DNA of 64,000 bases from Octopus bimaculoides. Taxonomy: Eukaryota. Below the pieces are notes generated by a model. That model was not told the origin of the DNA and ran no database searches. It saw only the letters and a list, made by a program, of their open reading frames with translations. The stretch spans positions 1,438,812 to 1,502,811 of the forward strand of contig NC_068994.1 of NCBI RefSeq assembly GCF_001194135.2. The letters are read 5' to 3'. Below are positions 1 to 12,469 of the stretch, one piece after another. Made by a program: the position numbers and the translations under genes. How positions within the stretch are numbered: position 1 is the stretch's first letter; each line of letters starts with the position of its first letter.

Positions 1-187
1 CTTAGCGAAGGCATCCAGCAAATGTAAACTGCTGTCACAGAAAAACTATTGTTTTACTGTGAGAAAAGTGCTGTTCAAGTATTAATTTAAATTTGGCTAT
101 CTAGGATCAAATCTACAGCATGCCTGCAAGATCCACTACATATATATGTATATTTCTATAGATGTGTATGTATATATATATATATAT

Positions 188-802
188 NNNNNNNNNNNNN
201 NNNNNNNNNNNNNNNNNNNNNNNNNNNNNNNNNNNNNNNNNNNNNNNNNNNNNNNNNNNNNNNNNNNNNNNNNNNNNNNNNNNNNNNNNNNNNNNNNNNN
301 NNNNNNNNNNNNNNNNNNNNNNNNNNNNNNNNNNNNNNNNNNNNNNNNNNNNNNNNNNNNNNNNNNNNNNNNNNNNNNNNNNNNNNNNNNNNNNNNNNNN
401 NNNNNNNNNNNNNNNNNNNNNNNNNNNNNNNNNNNNNNNNNNNNNNNNNNNNNNNNNNNNNNNNNNNNNNNNNNNNNNNNNNNNNNNNNNNNNNNNNNNN
501 NNNNNNNNNNNNNNNNNNNNNNNNNNNNNNNNNNNNNNNNNNNNNNNNNNNNNNNNNNNNNNNNNNNNNNNNNNNNNNNNNNNNNNNNNNNNNNNNNNNN
601 NNNNNNNNNNNNNNNNNNNNNNNNNNNNNNNNNNNNNNNNNNNNNNNNNNNNNNNNNNNNNNNNNNNNNNNNNNNNNNNNNNNNNNNNNNNNNNNNNNNN
701 NNNNNNNNNNNNNNNNNNNNNNNNNNNNNNNNNNNNNNNNNNNNNNNNNNNNNNNNNNNNNNNNNNNNNNNNNNNNNNNNNNNNNNNNNNNNNNNNNNNN
801 NN
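188..802. other. Assembly gap (N run) flanked by (TA)n
   Basis: Run of N. Other gaps: 10423-10483, 16324-16600, 19392-19414, 23629-23741, 28183-28440, 43659-43683, 45614-45642, 62681-62700, plus three listed separately. Confidence 0.99.
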
Positions 803-803
803 N

Positions 804-837
<34 letters not shown>

Positions 838-1734
838 ATATGAATGAGTGAGTATCATATGTGGAGACAGAGAGAGAGACTGTGTTGTGGTGAAGCGGAA
901 GATATTAAAACAATGGCAATAAGAATGGAGAAGGAGGAGTTGACAATAAGCCAGGGATGAGGAGAAAGTATTTTATGAGGGAAGATTTATTAGTAAGGGA
1001 GAGAGAGAGGAGGGGGTGGTGGTGGTGGTGGTGGTGGAAAGACATGAAATTGACAGAAGGCCAAGGAAGGGAAACTGTTATGTGATGGTAAGTTGTCTAT
1101 GAAGAGACATTAAGTAAATGTTGATGGTGAGCCAAAGTTTGAGAAAAATTTGTGATTGAGAGAAATCTTTTCCGATGGACACTGACTTTACTAAGGGATA
1201 GTTAAATATTTCAGGCTTTGCAAACAATCAGTTGTCCCTTATTCATTATATTTATTTATTTAGTTTCTTGTAACGCACAAATGGGATACTACTGTGTTTG
1301 GGGTTATTGGTCTTTAATAGTTTTTCTATTTGAGAGAGTGACAAAGGACCGTTGCTAATTTGGCACAGAACAAATAGCACAGGGGACTCCACTCAAAGAA
1401 CATTGTTTCCTCTAATTTCCTGCCATTGTTTACATTCTTCACCAATGTAGCTCACCAGCACACGCAAACACACACACACACACACATGCATGCCTGCACT
1501 CACACATATGCATGCACACACATGCATGCATGCATGCACACATGCTAGTCTTTTGCATAATTCTCTTCTATTGAAATTCTGCTCACAAGATATTGATTAA
1601 TTTAAAGGTAAGATATAAAGACACTAGTCCAAGGTACCACCGATGGCCCTAGGTACCCTTTATTTGCCCCGAGGTACCATCCATTCAGTGGGGTGAATCT
1701 GGAGGTTTATTGTTGTGAGATGAATTTGTTAACA

Positions 1735-1950
1735 ACTTTTTATGTGTCACTGGCACCGGAGCCAGTCAGGCTGACCTGGCATCAACCATGTTCGGATGAT
1801 GCTTTTTATGTGCCACCAACATGGGAGCCAGTCATGGGGCACTGGCCACAGCTACAATATTGGTTTTACTTGACTCAACATGTCCTCTCAAGCATATCAT
1901 ATTGCCCAATGCATCAGGGGTACTCTTAACTGGGCCAGACATGCATGGCT
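1735..1950 (-). mobile_element. Degenerate RTE 3'-UTR / RTE-tail element fragment (family C)
   Basis: Two copies of the GCTTTTTATGTGCCAC(T/C)GGCAC-type unit. Similar to better-preserved copies at 21251-21655 and 52970-53393. Confidence 0.6.
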
Positions 1951-2674
1951 GTGATCTCACTTTAGTTGCCGGGTCTTCTCAATCACAGCATATCTCCAAA
2001 GGTCTCAGTCTCACTAATAACAAATAAACAGATTAAATGAACTGACCTCTTTAAAAATTTGATTCTGGGTATTGTTGATGGTTCCTGAGGATATTGTATA
2101 TGATTCCATAACTTGGTAGATGTAGAGTCTAGTTTGGTGTAAGGGGTAAAGTGTTCCTTTGAGTAGTAGAACAGGATGTAGTATATAGACGGAGGCAGCA
2201 GATCATGGTAAATATTCCGTGGTGGCAGTTAGTGGGTGTCTCCTATGGAATGGGTAAAGAAACAAAGACAGAATAAAAATCTTTGCTAAGATTATCTTTC
2301 TCTATTGGCCTCAAGGGCTGCCTAAATATCTGGCAGAACAAAAGAGAAAGGACAGCAGAAACTGGAAATGCGTAAACAATAAAACAATAACAATTTACAT
2401 AAAAGCATATTTGCAAAATCTTCACTGGGGATGGGTGGGGGGGACATCACCCAGGAGCAACTAAGGAGCCTCATAGATTCTGAGCCACCCTACTCACTGG
2501 GAGCACCATGGTGTATTGATCTCTATATTGATAGATTATTTGATTTAGTAGAGCCAGGCACTGGGGTCAATCATCTATGCCCTTCCTCTCATCCCCAAGA
2601 GGGAGGTCTTGTGTCAATGGGAGAAATGTATGTAACTTTAATGTCTAACACAGACACAAACAGGGTTAGAATAC

Positions 2675-2805
2675 TTATTACTTTATAAGCCCCAGAAGAA
2701 TGAAATGTAAAGTTGAGCTCAGTAGAATGTGAACTCAGAATGTAACAGTGAGTATGTAAATACTAAAAGGGTATTTTCTCCTGCATCCGACCAATTCTGC
2801 CATGT
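2675..2805 (-). mobile_element. Degenerate tRNA-derived SINE (family A) fragment
   Basis: GAATGAAATGTAAAGTTGAGCTCAGTAGAATGTGAACTCAGAATGTAAC matches the reverse complement of the family A body and B-box seen at 42389-42610. Confidence 0.6.
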
Positions 2806-3091
2806 TTACTTCCATTTTGGCAAACACTTATTGGACATTTTTTCATGGAAACAGAAGGAAAAGAAAATATTAAGCTTATCAGATATAAGATGTCCAAATA
2901 AGTACTTGCTATATGTCATCATTCTAATTTTAAAATATAGAGGTCACATGACCTGTCACATGTGTTGCACTTCTTTGAATATTTGTCATCTTGTGATAAA
3001 GGCAATGGAGTTCAGCAACATTTATCTATCGCTATATGTATGTGTACACACACACACACACACACACACATGCACACATAATTATACGCAA

Positions 3092-3496
3092 GGAGTAGAC
3101 CAAAAAAGACGTGGGGAGAAGTGCTGAGAAAGGGTCTTCTGCCACTGGATTTCATTGAGGAAATGACAAGGGACCAGGAGATGTGGCGATTTGTTGTACT
3201 TGATAAGACACATCAAGCTAAGTAAAGTAGCTCTTCTTGCACACATACAGGCTTGTCCTTTGCAGGTGCTGGTTTCACTTAAAAAGTACCCATGCTAGTG
3301 CTACATAAACGCCCCCATGTCAGTGACATGTAAATAGCACCCAGCATAATCTGTTAAGTGGTTGGCATAAGGAAGGGCATTCATCCGTAAAGACCATGCT
3401 ACAACAGACAGTTGGAGTCTAGACACCACCCTCCTTGTCAACCCATCAACCGATGCCAGCATGAAGAGTGGACATTAAACAACAACAATGATGATG
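3092..3496 (+). mobile_element. 5'-truncated RTE LINE: ORF2 C-terminus plus 3' UTR and tail
   Basis: Translates SRPKKTWGEVLRKGLLPLDFIEEMTRDQEMWRFVVLDKTHQAK*, homologous to the RTE C-terminus at 52734-52970. Followed by GCAC-unit repeats, GGAAGGGCAT, and a GGACATTAAAC(AAC)(GAT)n tail. Confidence 0.8.
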
Positions 3497-3799
3497 TGTG
3501 TGTGTGTGTGAGTATGTATGTATGTAGATACACACATCTGTGCGCACGCACACACACACACACGCACATGTATGGTTCATGTAAATGCTGTTGTAACTAA
3601 ATGGTGAATGCAAAATTGCTCACTGAACTGAAATTTATTGGAGAAAGTAAACATGGATGCAATAATTAGTAAACCTCAAAGAAAAATTGGAGGTAATTTC
3701 ATAGAATCACACGAAACTTTAGTTCCTTGAGTCACTTGTATAAATTGTAAATAGAAAATGAGGAAATAAATGTATGCTCCATTACGTTATGTATTAAGA

Positions 3800-4025
3800 T
3801 AGATAGATAGATTGATAGATAACTATAGATAGATAAATATATAGATAGATGAATACACAGACAGGCAGATAGATATGTACAGATATATATGTACGTATGT
3901 ATAGATAGATAGATAGAAAGATATAGATAGGTAGATGGATTATTATATAGATAGGTAGAGAGATAGCTAGCTAGATGGATAGATTATTAGATAGATACAT
4001 AGGTAGGTAGGTAGAGAGATAGAAA
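3800..4025. repeat. (GATA)n / (GGTA)n microsatellite
   Basis: Directly visible degenerate tetranucleotide array. Confidence 0.9.
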
Positions 4026-4469
4026 GATTTCAAAAGAGAGAAAGAAGTTGGGAGTGAGTATGGTGGTGAAAGAGAGAGATAGAGAAAAGAACTGTGAACA
4101 ATCTTTTAGCAAGATAAGTCATAGACTCCAAGCTTCACCTATTCATTTAAAGATGGCACTAGTGTTGTGTTATAGAAATATGTGGCTGGATAGAAGAGAA
4201 GGCAGGAGGGAGACAGGGAGACATTTGTACACACCTACTCTACTGCACAAATTAATCTTGAACACCTTTCTGGCCCTCCGGTAGAAGAGAGAGGAAAAAA
4301 TAAAAAAATAAATACTTTTCATTTACTTTGGCATGTATTTAAATGACTGCTTCTGTGTCTACGTGTGTAGTTGTGTGTATGTGTATCTGTCTCTGTGTAT
4401 ATATGTACATATATACCTTCAGCCATATTTACATACTTAGATCTAAATAGAAACATTTATGCACATATG

Positions 4470-4523
<54 letters not shown>

Positions 4524-4591
4524 TACACAAACATATATATATATGCATATATATTTGAATGTATATGTATATGTATATATGTAAATGTATG

Positions 4592-4663
<72 letters not shown>

Positions 4664-5235
4664 ATGTATTTGTATATATTTATACATATATGCAAATGTA
4701 GATATATGTAGATTTCCAAATTGCTGTATGTTTGATTATGTGACTGCTTATTTACATTCGTAAACATCTGTATTTGGCTATATAAAAACATGTACACGCA
4801 CAAGCACACGCACCCACAAACACACACACAAGCACACAAGCACATACACCCACACACTCACATATCCATGCACACACAGACTTATCTCTGCACCAACACT
4901 AATCTTCTCTTACATACATGCATTCGTATATGCACACGCATGCAATTAAACAGCTAAACCATTAAAAGCAGCTGTTTGTATAAGTAAGGGTGGAGATTGG
5001 GGGGTGGGGGAGAAGGAGATGGAATAACAACAACAACAACAACAACAGCAAGAATGCCGACCTCGGCAAGGTTTATCGGAAAGTAAATTAAATAGGAAAT
5101 TTGCGGAGAAAAAGAATAAAGAATAGTTTAAACAACAAACCAAATGAAATGAGGCAAAAACTCATTCAATAAACAATTATACAAAGATATACATATATAT
5201 ATGTGTGTGTGTGTGTATATAGGTATATATGTGTG

Positions 5236-5266
<31 letters not shown>

Positions 5267-5339
5267 ATGTATATATGTATGTACATATACACACACATAC
5301 ATACACATAATTAAATCACAATGTCTCCTCCCAGCACCA

Positions 5340-5696
5340 ACAGTGGATGCTATAACTCTTATCATCATCATCACCACCACCATCATTATCATCATCCTCA
5401 TCGTAATCATTACTTCTCTCTCGAAAACCAACACCCTGGTACTAAAACTCTACTATATCTCATCCTCCTCAACTACTACTACTACTACTATCGCCATTTT
5501 TATTGCTATACTACAACCAACACTATACACAATACCACCATTTTCACCACCATACTATCATCATCACCACCACCCCGCTGTACTATCTCCCATACACTAT
5601 GCTAGTGAATCAATAAAGGTACAGTAGAGACACTAATTAATTTTGGTGTAGAAATGTCCCTGGAGCACTTTGACACTACTACTGCTGCTGCTGCTG

Positions 5697-5730
<34 letters not shown>

Positions 5731-6070
5731 CACTACTACTATCACCACTTCCACTACCCCTACTGTTGCTGTTGTTACTGTTGTGGTTGGGGATATAGTG
5801 GTAATTGTTAGTGATGGTGAAGTTATTGGTGGTGGTGGTAGTGGTGGTGGCAGGGGGGTGATAGTGGAGGCAATAGTGTGGCAGTTGTGGTAGAAAGGGA
5901 GGGTATTGTGGGGGTAGGCAGGTAAAGGGGGGGTAGTAGCAGGTGGAATTGGTAGTGGGTAGAGGTGGTAGGTGGAAGAGGTGGTGATGGTGAGTGGAGG
6001 TAGAATTAAGAAGCAAAGGTGGGTAAATGGGGTAGAAGTGGAAGGGGAGGGGGAAGTGGTGGTAGTAAAT
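5340..6070. repeat. Trinucleotide low-complexity region (CAT/CAC/ACT switching to GGT/AGT)
   Basis: Directly visible. It gives the poly-T/poly-V/poly-H pseudo-ORFs in the ORF track. Confidence 0.9.
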
Positions 6071-6810
6071 ATCAGAGAAGAAATAACCACATCTCCTCCT
6101 GCCCCCGTGTCTATTTCCACTTTCCCTCAACTCCCCCTTTACATCTTACACTCTCTCATCCTCATCTTTCCCTCTACCCACTTACACCCTCTTTTCCTCT
6201 CTCACTCACTTTACCCTTTTATTACCTCAAGTTTTACCCACCCCCTCTTCTCTCCCTCTATCAACCCACTCTTTCTTACCTTTGCTCTCTCTCTCTGTCA
6301 TCCTCTCTCTCTCCCTTCTACCATCTCCGCACTCCCCCCGCCACCATTTTAACTTCCTCATCACTCCATTGTTATCAACCTGAGTTGTTTTTATTACTTT
6401 TGTTGTAATCATCACCTCCCCCCGTCCCCCCTCCTCCTCCTCCTACCACTCAGCTCAAGAGACCTTTAGGCTGTGACATTAATTGGATCTATTCTCTTTG
6501 CTATATACACACCTTAACAACTCACTCTGCAGACACACACATACATTAATATGCACATACATACACACACACACATACACACACATTTATATATATATAT
6601 ATATATATGTGTGTGTACATATATACGTACATACTAGCATGTATACACATGTAAAGTATATACACACACACATGGACACACACTATTAGGTGTAAGAAAA
6701 CGCACTTCATATGTAGAGGTACTTACACACAAAACAGGCAAACACATTTGTAAATATATATATGTAAATGTATACATACATCCACATATATGTACATAAA
6801 CATGTATCTT

Positions 6811-6890
<80 letters not shown>

Positions 6891-7150
6891 TACACACACA
6901 CATTTCATTTATATATATGGGTATAAACCATACATTAATCATATATATATATATATGTGTGCATTTACACATACCCAAGACATGGAAAACATGCCTCCTC
7001 ATACATATCTATGTATATATTCATTAATTCTCATTTTGCAAACAGTTACATATAGGTCTGCTTGTGCCAACGTGTGTGTGTGTGTGTTCTTTCGGGTGAT
7101 CCAGTAGCCTCTTACCATTATGTTTCACTACTATGTAGCCGTCTCCTCAG

Positions 7151-7241
7151 ACAGAGGGAAAAAAAATCATGATAAATGGAAGAACCACCTACTATGATAG
7201 TGGATCGACCAAAGTATACATGGCAGTTGAATGGTTGTATG
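7151..7241 (+). CDS. Candidate internal coding exon, product unknown (TEGKKIMINGRTTYYDSGSTKVYMAVEWLY)
   Basis: Acceptor CCGTCTCCTCAG, perfect donor G|GTGAGT at 7241/7242. One frame is open across 91 nt (phase 0 to 1) with non-repetitive sequence; the other two frames have stops. No homolog recognised. Confidence 0.4.
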
Positions 7242-7464
7242 GTGAGTAAGTGTGTGTTGGGGGGAGGGCTTCTGATTCCCCATGGTACTTACATGGACAC
7301 CTATAAGTGCACACAAACACATAGACAAGTCTTCAACTCAGAGTCAGCAGAAAAGTTCAGTTAGCTGAAAGATTGAGAAGCAATGCCCACTATATTTTCA
7401 GAGGTAGCAATTACTGGTACCTGTTGAAAGGGAAGTATTTGGTGACAAGTTACCAACTTCTAGG

Positions 7465-7565
7465 ATATTATTTTCTACTCCAGGCACAAAGCCCGAAATT
7501 TTTAGGGAGGGGACCAGTCAATGAGATTGACCCCAGTACACAACTGGTACTTAATTTATCATCAA
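7465..7565 (-). mobile_element. Family A SINE 3' fragment
   Basis: TTTTCTACTCCAGGCACAAAGCCCGAAATTT...GACCCCAGTACACAACTGGTACTTAATTTATC is the reverse complement of the family A 3' half. Confidence 0.85.
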
Positions 7566-9634
7566 TGATGGAGAACCAACAAATTATAAACCCTTTTCAC
7601 ATCTTTGTACCTTTCAATCCATCAAGCAACCATTAGCTTTCTTTTATCTTGCATCTCAGTGAGTGGGTCTTTCGATTGTCTTTCTATTGTTTTGGGAGAG
7701 GAACCAGCTGCACATCACAAAAACTCCAGAACAACGGCTTCCTTTTTTTTGTTGTTTATAAATATCATATATATATATATATATATATACACGCACACAC
7801 ACACACACACAAACAGGTAAAGCCAGATGGTAAGAGAGAAAGAGAGAAAAGTGGAGGATAGTGAAAGGCTGTGTGATATTGGTGAAGTTATATACACCCA
7901 TTTCTGTAGAGATTCTGTATGTCTTAAATCTTATCTCTGGAATTTAGGAATGGGGATCAAAACTGAGCAGCTGGTCCCAGTATGTTGACAGTGTATTTAA
8001 TGTCTCCATTGAGGATAGAACTTACGATAAGTGGTGTCATGGAGATGCGACAACAGGTGTGTTACTAAATCAAAACGCTTGCACACACACACACACACAC
8101 ACAGAGTTCTGTCTGTACCTGTCTAATATATATATTTGCCACCACAGGTTTGTCCCACTGGAGAGATTTAGTATGTGTGAAGAGAAGGTTGGGGGAGAGA
8201 GAGAAAGAGAGGCAGAGAGAGATAAGAGGAGGAAGTGGAAAAAGAAGCTGATGATGATGATGATATTGATGGTGGTGGTGGTGGCAATAATGATGGAAGA
8301 GCCTCTGGGAATCCCAAAACCAAATTACAAAGACACAAAATGAGGAATGATGGAGTTAAAGTTGTTTTAAGAATGAAAATATATCATTGTCTTAAGAGAC
8401 AATGATATATTGGACGACTGTTACAGCTATAACAATGGTGGTGGTGGTGGTGGGTTGTGATGAGGATGAATGTGATGATGTTGATGATGCTGATAGTGGT
8501 ATTGATGATGATGATGAGAATGATGAAGATGATGATAAACTTACATTACTTTACAGATGTAGAAAAAAATACCTAATCGTCATCTGTCTCAAAACACATC
8601 ACTGCACGAATCTTCGAAAAGAATAAAAAACAAAACCATTAAACAACAGAATGTTTCTTAATCCTTGCAAGAAAATATTTCCCATCAACCTAAAAAAAAA
8701 AACACCAGATATTTTTCAACAAAAAGCTAAGATGACTAAAAAAAACCCACTCTGGTAAGTTCTAGCTGGCAACCCAACGTTGATAACATCGTCAAAAAAC
8801 TACAATAGAATTAGTGGCACTGCTGTTGCCAAAAAATTGACTTGGATCTCTTGAAAGGAAAATGTTTAGAAAAAATAATTCTACATTGAACCAACTTCAC
8901 CAATCAAATATTTAAGAAAATAGAAAGAAATAAAATTAACGAGGGAGATTATAAATAATGGCATTGATCTTGATTTTATTTTTTCTAATGCAGCAGACAC
9001 ACTTCTCTGAACCAGATTCCTACCATTCTTAAAACAGAGTCTTATAAAGCCATAAAGGTCAAGAGGTATGAGAGGCGAACCTATACTTATTTAGCCACAT
9101 GTCATCCATAGCGTTAGGGCCATTTCACATCCCTTTTTCATGTAGTAATAATTTCAGTGTGGAAAAAATTATGCTTACAAGTTTGCATTAATATGCATGT
9201 TCACCATTATACAATACAATTGTATCTTTGCAAAGCCAATGCAAATAAAAAGAAGTAGGTTCATTAGATTAGCAGAACATCATGGTTACATCAATAATTA
9301 ATGCAAACATGTATGTGTAATTTCTTCCTTAGTGAAATTAGTACTACATAACGAAGGTTGTGAAATGGCTGTGACTGAACCAATGTCAAGTGCTTAAATA
9401 AATATGTATTCACCTTTCATACCTCTTGACTCGTATGGTTTATATACTTTAAAGAGGTAGTGTGTTAAAAATGAGCAGAGTGTACTTCAAAGTCAAACAA
9501 AACAAACCACCCTGGAAGTAAATGAGAATAAGAGCTATTGATGTTTTGTAATTATTTCTATTCAGCAGTGCCATATGCTCAATTGACCATTGATTCACTC
9601 TGTGTTTCATTGAAAGACACCTTCTCTGGGCAAA

Positions 9635-9833
9635 ATATTCTTTTCTACTCTAGGCACAAAGCTCGAAATTTGCGGGAGGGGGGGGGCAGTCGATTAGTAC
9701 TTCATTTATCAACTCATAAATGATGAAAGGCAAAGTTGACCTCGGTGGAATTTGAACTCAGAACCTAAAGAGAGACGAAAGACTGCTAAGCATTTCGCCC
9801 AGTGTGCTAACATTTCTTCCAGCTCACCACCTT
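9635..9833 (-). mobile_element. Near full-length family A tRNA-derived SINE with small internal deletion
   Basis: Reverse complement carries the GGTGGTGAGCTGGAAGAAATGTTAGC head, the B-box GAGTTCAAATTCC, the body, and a GTGCCTAGAGTAGAAAAGAATAT end. Confidence 0.9.
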
Positions 9834-10117
9834 CCCTACATGTATCTCACAACACACATTAAGTACGTGGCATTGATAATTTTTACATTATACAACTGCT
9901 TCTAACACAAAACTTGAATTTTGTTTCACTTGTGTGACGCTTTTGCACATCAAGAGATTGATTTTATGCTCTCTGTATATGCTTTGGACCAGTGATTTGA
10001 ATTCATTTCAAGGATGAATCGAGTATGTGGCACCAATGAGCAGAAACAATTGTGGAATATCAATATCTGTCATTTTCATTCACTTCCAGGGTAAATGATT
10101 ACATTGCTTGCAAAAAG

Positions 10118-10245
10118 GGTGAACATTACCTTATTAAACAGCTGAAGGTTGATGCCAGGAAGAGCATCCAGCCATAGAAAATCTGACACAATGAATTGCA
10201 TTTGAGCCAAGCCAGCATAGAAAAGTGGATGTTAAAACGATGATG

Positions 10246-10250
<5 letters not shown>
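10118..10250 (+). mobile_element. RTE-tail SINE variant (family D) 3' fragment
   Basis: GGAAGAGCATCCAGCCATAGAAAATCTG...AAAAGTGGATGTTAAAACGATGATGAT tail, shared with copies at 36225-36445, 45947-46083 and 63348-63490. Confidence 0.7.
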
Positions 10251-10276
<26 letters not shown>

Positions 10277-10367
10277 TACACACACACACATATATATGCA
10301 TATATAAACATACACACATGTGTATGTGTGTGTACGTGTATTCATATGTATATGCATGTGTGTGTGT

Positions 10368-10418
<51 letters not shown>

Positions 10419-10483
10419 ATATNNNNNNNNNNNNNNNNNNNNNNNNNNNNNNNNNNNNNNNNNNNNNNNNNNNNNNNNNNNNN

Positions 10484-10548
<65 letters not shown>

Positions 10549-10974
10549 ATATGTGTATGTATACACACTGGATGTACTGAATGCAGAAATGAAAAAGGAA
10601 CCCCTACGTGGTCAATCAACATTTAAGTATATTAATGTGATACTGTAAGTGACATTCAATATGGAGTGGCCATATTGGATTTGTGGTCGCCATATTGGAT
10701 TGCATAGCATTGATTTCATTTGACTGAAGTTGCAGTAATGAAGCACGTTTATATGTCGGTTAAGAATGGTTTGTGTTTGATTCCGTTGTATCAATAGTTG
10801 GCCTGACATCTGGGGGAAAAAAAAAGAAAGAAAGACTCAATGAATTGCCAGGAGAAATATTTCACGTTTTTTTTTTTTACCTTTGTTATGAAACGAAGCT
10901 TTATTGCCATTTCCTTGTCAGGTATAGAACGAACAGAATCATGACAATGCAAGTTATTACTTTATTATATACAT

Positions 10975-11012
<38 letters not shown>

Positions 11013-11363
11013 ATATATATATATATATGTGTGTATATATATCTTTGTAAGTAAATATATATGTTCAAAAAAAAAAAGATGAAAAAACTGCATTGATAAA
11101 TCTACCTTTTTGTCGAACAATTACGAAATACAATAAAGGCGCAGACATCAGTAAAAATGATATTCTTCAAGATGAATGTGAATAAAAGCAGGAAGGATTG
11201 TTATAAATGCCTTTGTGTTTCCTTTCTTTGTAAATTTGACTGTAAAAGCACGACTTTATGTTCTACGTAGCTGGTTGTGATCAACGCCATAAATTGGACT
11301 GGCTCTGTAATGGTATGGCACTGTGTGTGTGTGTTGGTGTACAGAGCTGCTGACACTAAAATG

Positions 11364-11401
<38 letters not shown>

Positions 11402-11667
11402 GTTGACGCTTTAATAACAGTGTGTATGTAGATAACACTACAATGACACTGTGTATGTATATACCTGATACTATAATAACAGTGGCCATATATAAGTAAC
11501 ACTATAACAGCATCTATAACTGATGTGGGGAGGAGGTGTGGTGGGGGATAAAGTGAAATGGGGGTGGAGATAAGACTTACAGTTAGGGGGTCAACTGATC
11601 TCGACTGATCTGTTGTCAGCTCGTTTATATTAAAACTAAGAACTTTTGAATCACACTTATATATATA

Positions 11668-12100
11668 TTCTTTTCCTTGTTTCAGTCATTAGACTGCGGC
11701 CATACTGGAGCACTGTCTCAAAGGGTTTTACTGGAACAAATCAACCCCAGGATTTGTTTTTTAAAGCCTAGTACTTGGAACAAATGAACCCCAGGATTTG
11801 TTTTTTCAAGCCTAGTACTTATTTTATTGGTCTCATTTTGCCAAACTGCTAAGTTACAGAGACATAAACATCAACACCAGTTGTCAAGCAATGATGACAC
11901 ACACATAGGTATATACATACATACATATACATGTATGACGGGCTTCTTTTAGTTTCTGTCTACCAAATCCCCTCACAAGGCTTTGGTGAGCCTGAGGCTA
12001 TAGTAGAAGACACTTGCCCAAGGTGTCATGTAGTGAGACTGAACTTGGAACCATGTGGTTGGGAAGCAAGTTTCTTGCTACACAGCGTCACCTATGCCTA
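11668..12100 (-). mobile_element. Family B tRNA-derived SINE (bipartite, internal microsatellite spacer)
   Basis: Reverse complement begins with a tRNA-like head, then CACCTTGGGCAAGTGTCTTCTACTATAGCC...GGTAGACAGAAACTAAAAGAAGCCCGTC, a (CA/TA) spacer, and a 3' module ending GCAGTCTAATGACTGAAACAAG. Confidence 0.9.
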
Positions 12101-12112
12101 TATATGTATATA

Positions 12113-12239
12113 TCTCCTTTTCTACTCTAGGCACAAGGCCTGAAATTTTGTGGAAGGGGGCCAATCGATTAGATCGACCCCAGTACGCAACTGGTATTTA
12201 ATTTATTGACCCTGAAAGGATGAAAGGCAAAGTTGACCT
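12113..12239 (-). mobile_element. 5'-truncated family A SINE
   Basis: TTTTCTACTCTAGGCACAAGGCCTGAAATTTT...GATCGACCCCAGTACGCAACTGGTA...GGATGAAAGGCAAAGTTGACC. Confidence 0.9.
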
Positions 12240-12469
12240 AAGAATGAAGAAAGAAATGGAAAAGTTTTGGTTGAGGATGACATCAGTAAGTGAAATGGTG
12301 AGCAGGAGGGGAGGAACCATGATTAGTAAATGTTGATACAAACGATAATTTGATTGCTTACAAATCTGACCTTTCTTTTTATAAAAACCTCATCATTGTA
12401 CAAAAACAACAACCACACAACAATCATTTTAAAGCTATTTGCCTGTCTAAAGCAGGCATTGTTTTTGTG

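Noticed and set aside
5055-5068. TGCCGA-CC-TCGGCA mini-palindrome
   Set aside because: Only 6 bp, with no supporting context.
8557-8760. 198-nt segment between an AG and a perfect G|GTAAGT donor
   Set aside because: All three frames contain stops. At most a non-coding exon, which cannot be supported without RNA data.
8772-8788. ACC(C/T)AACGTTGATAAC shared with about 58962-58977
   Set aside because: A 15 of 16 match between two sites is expected by chance in a window this size and composition.
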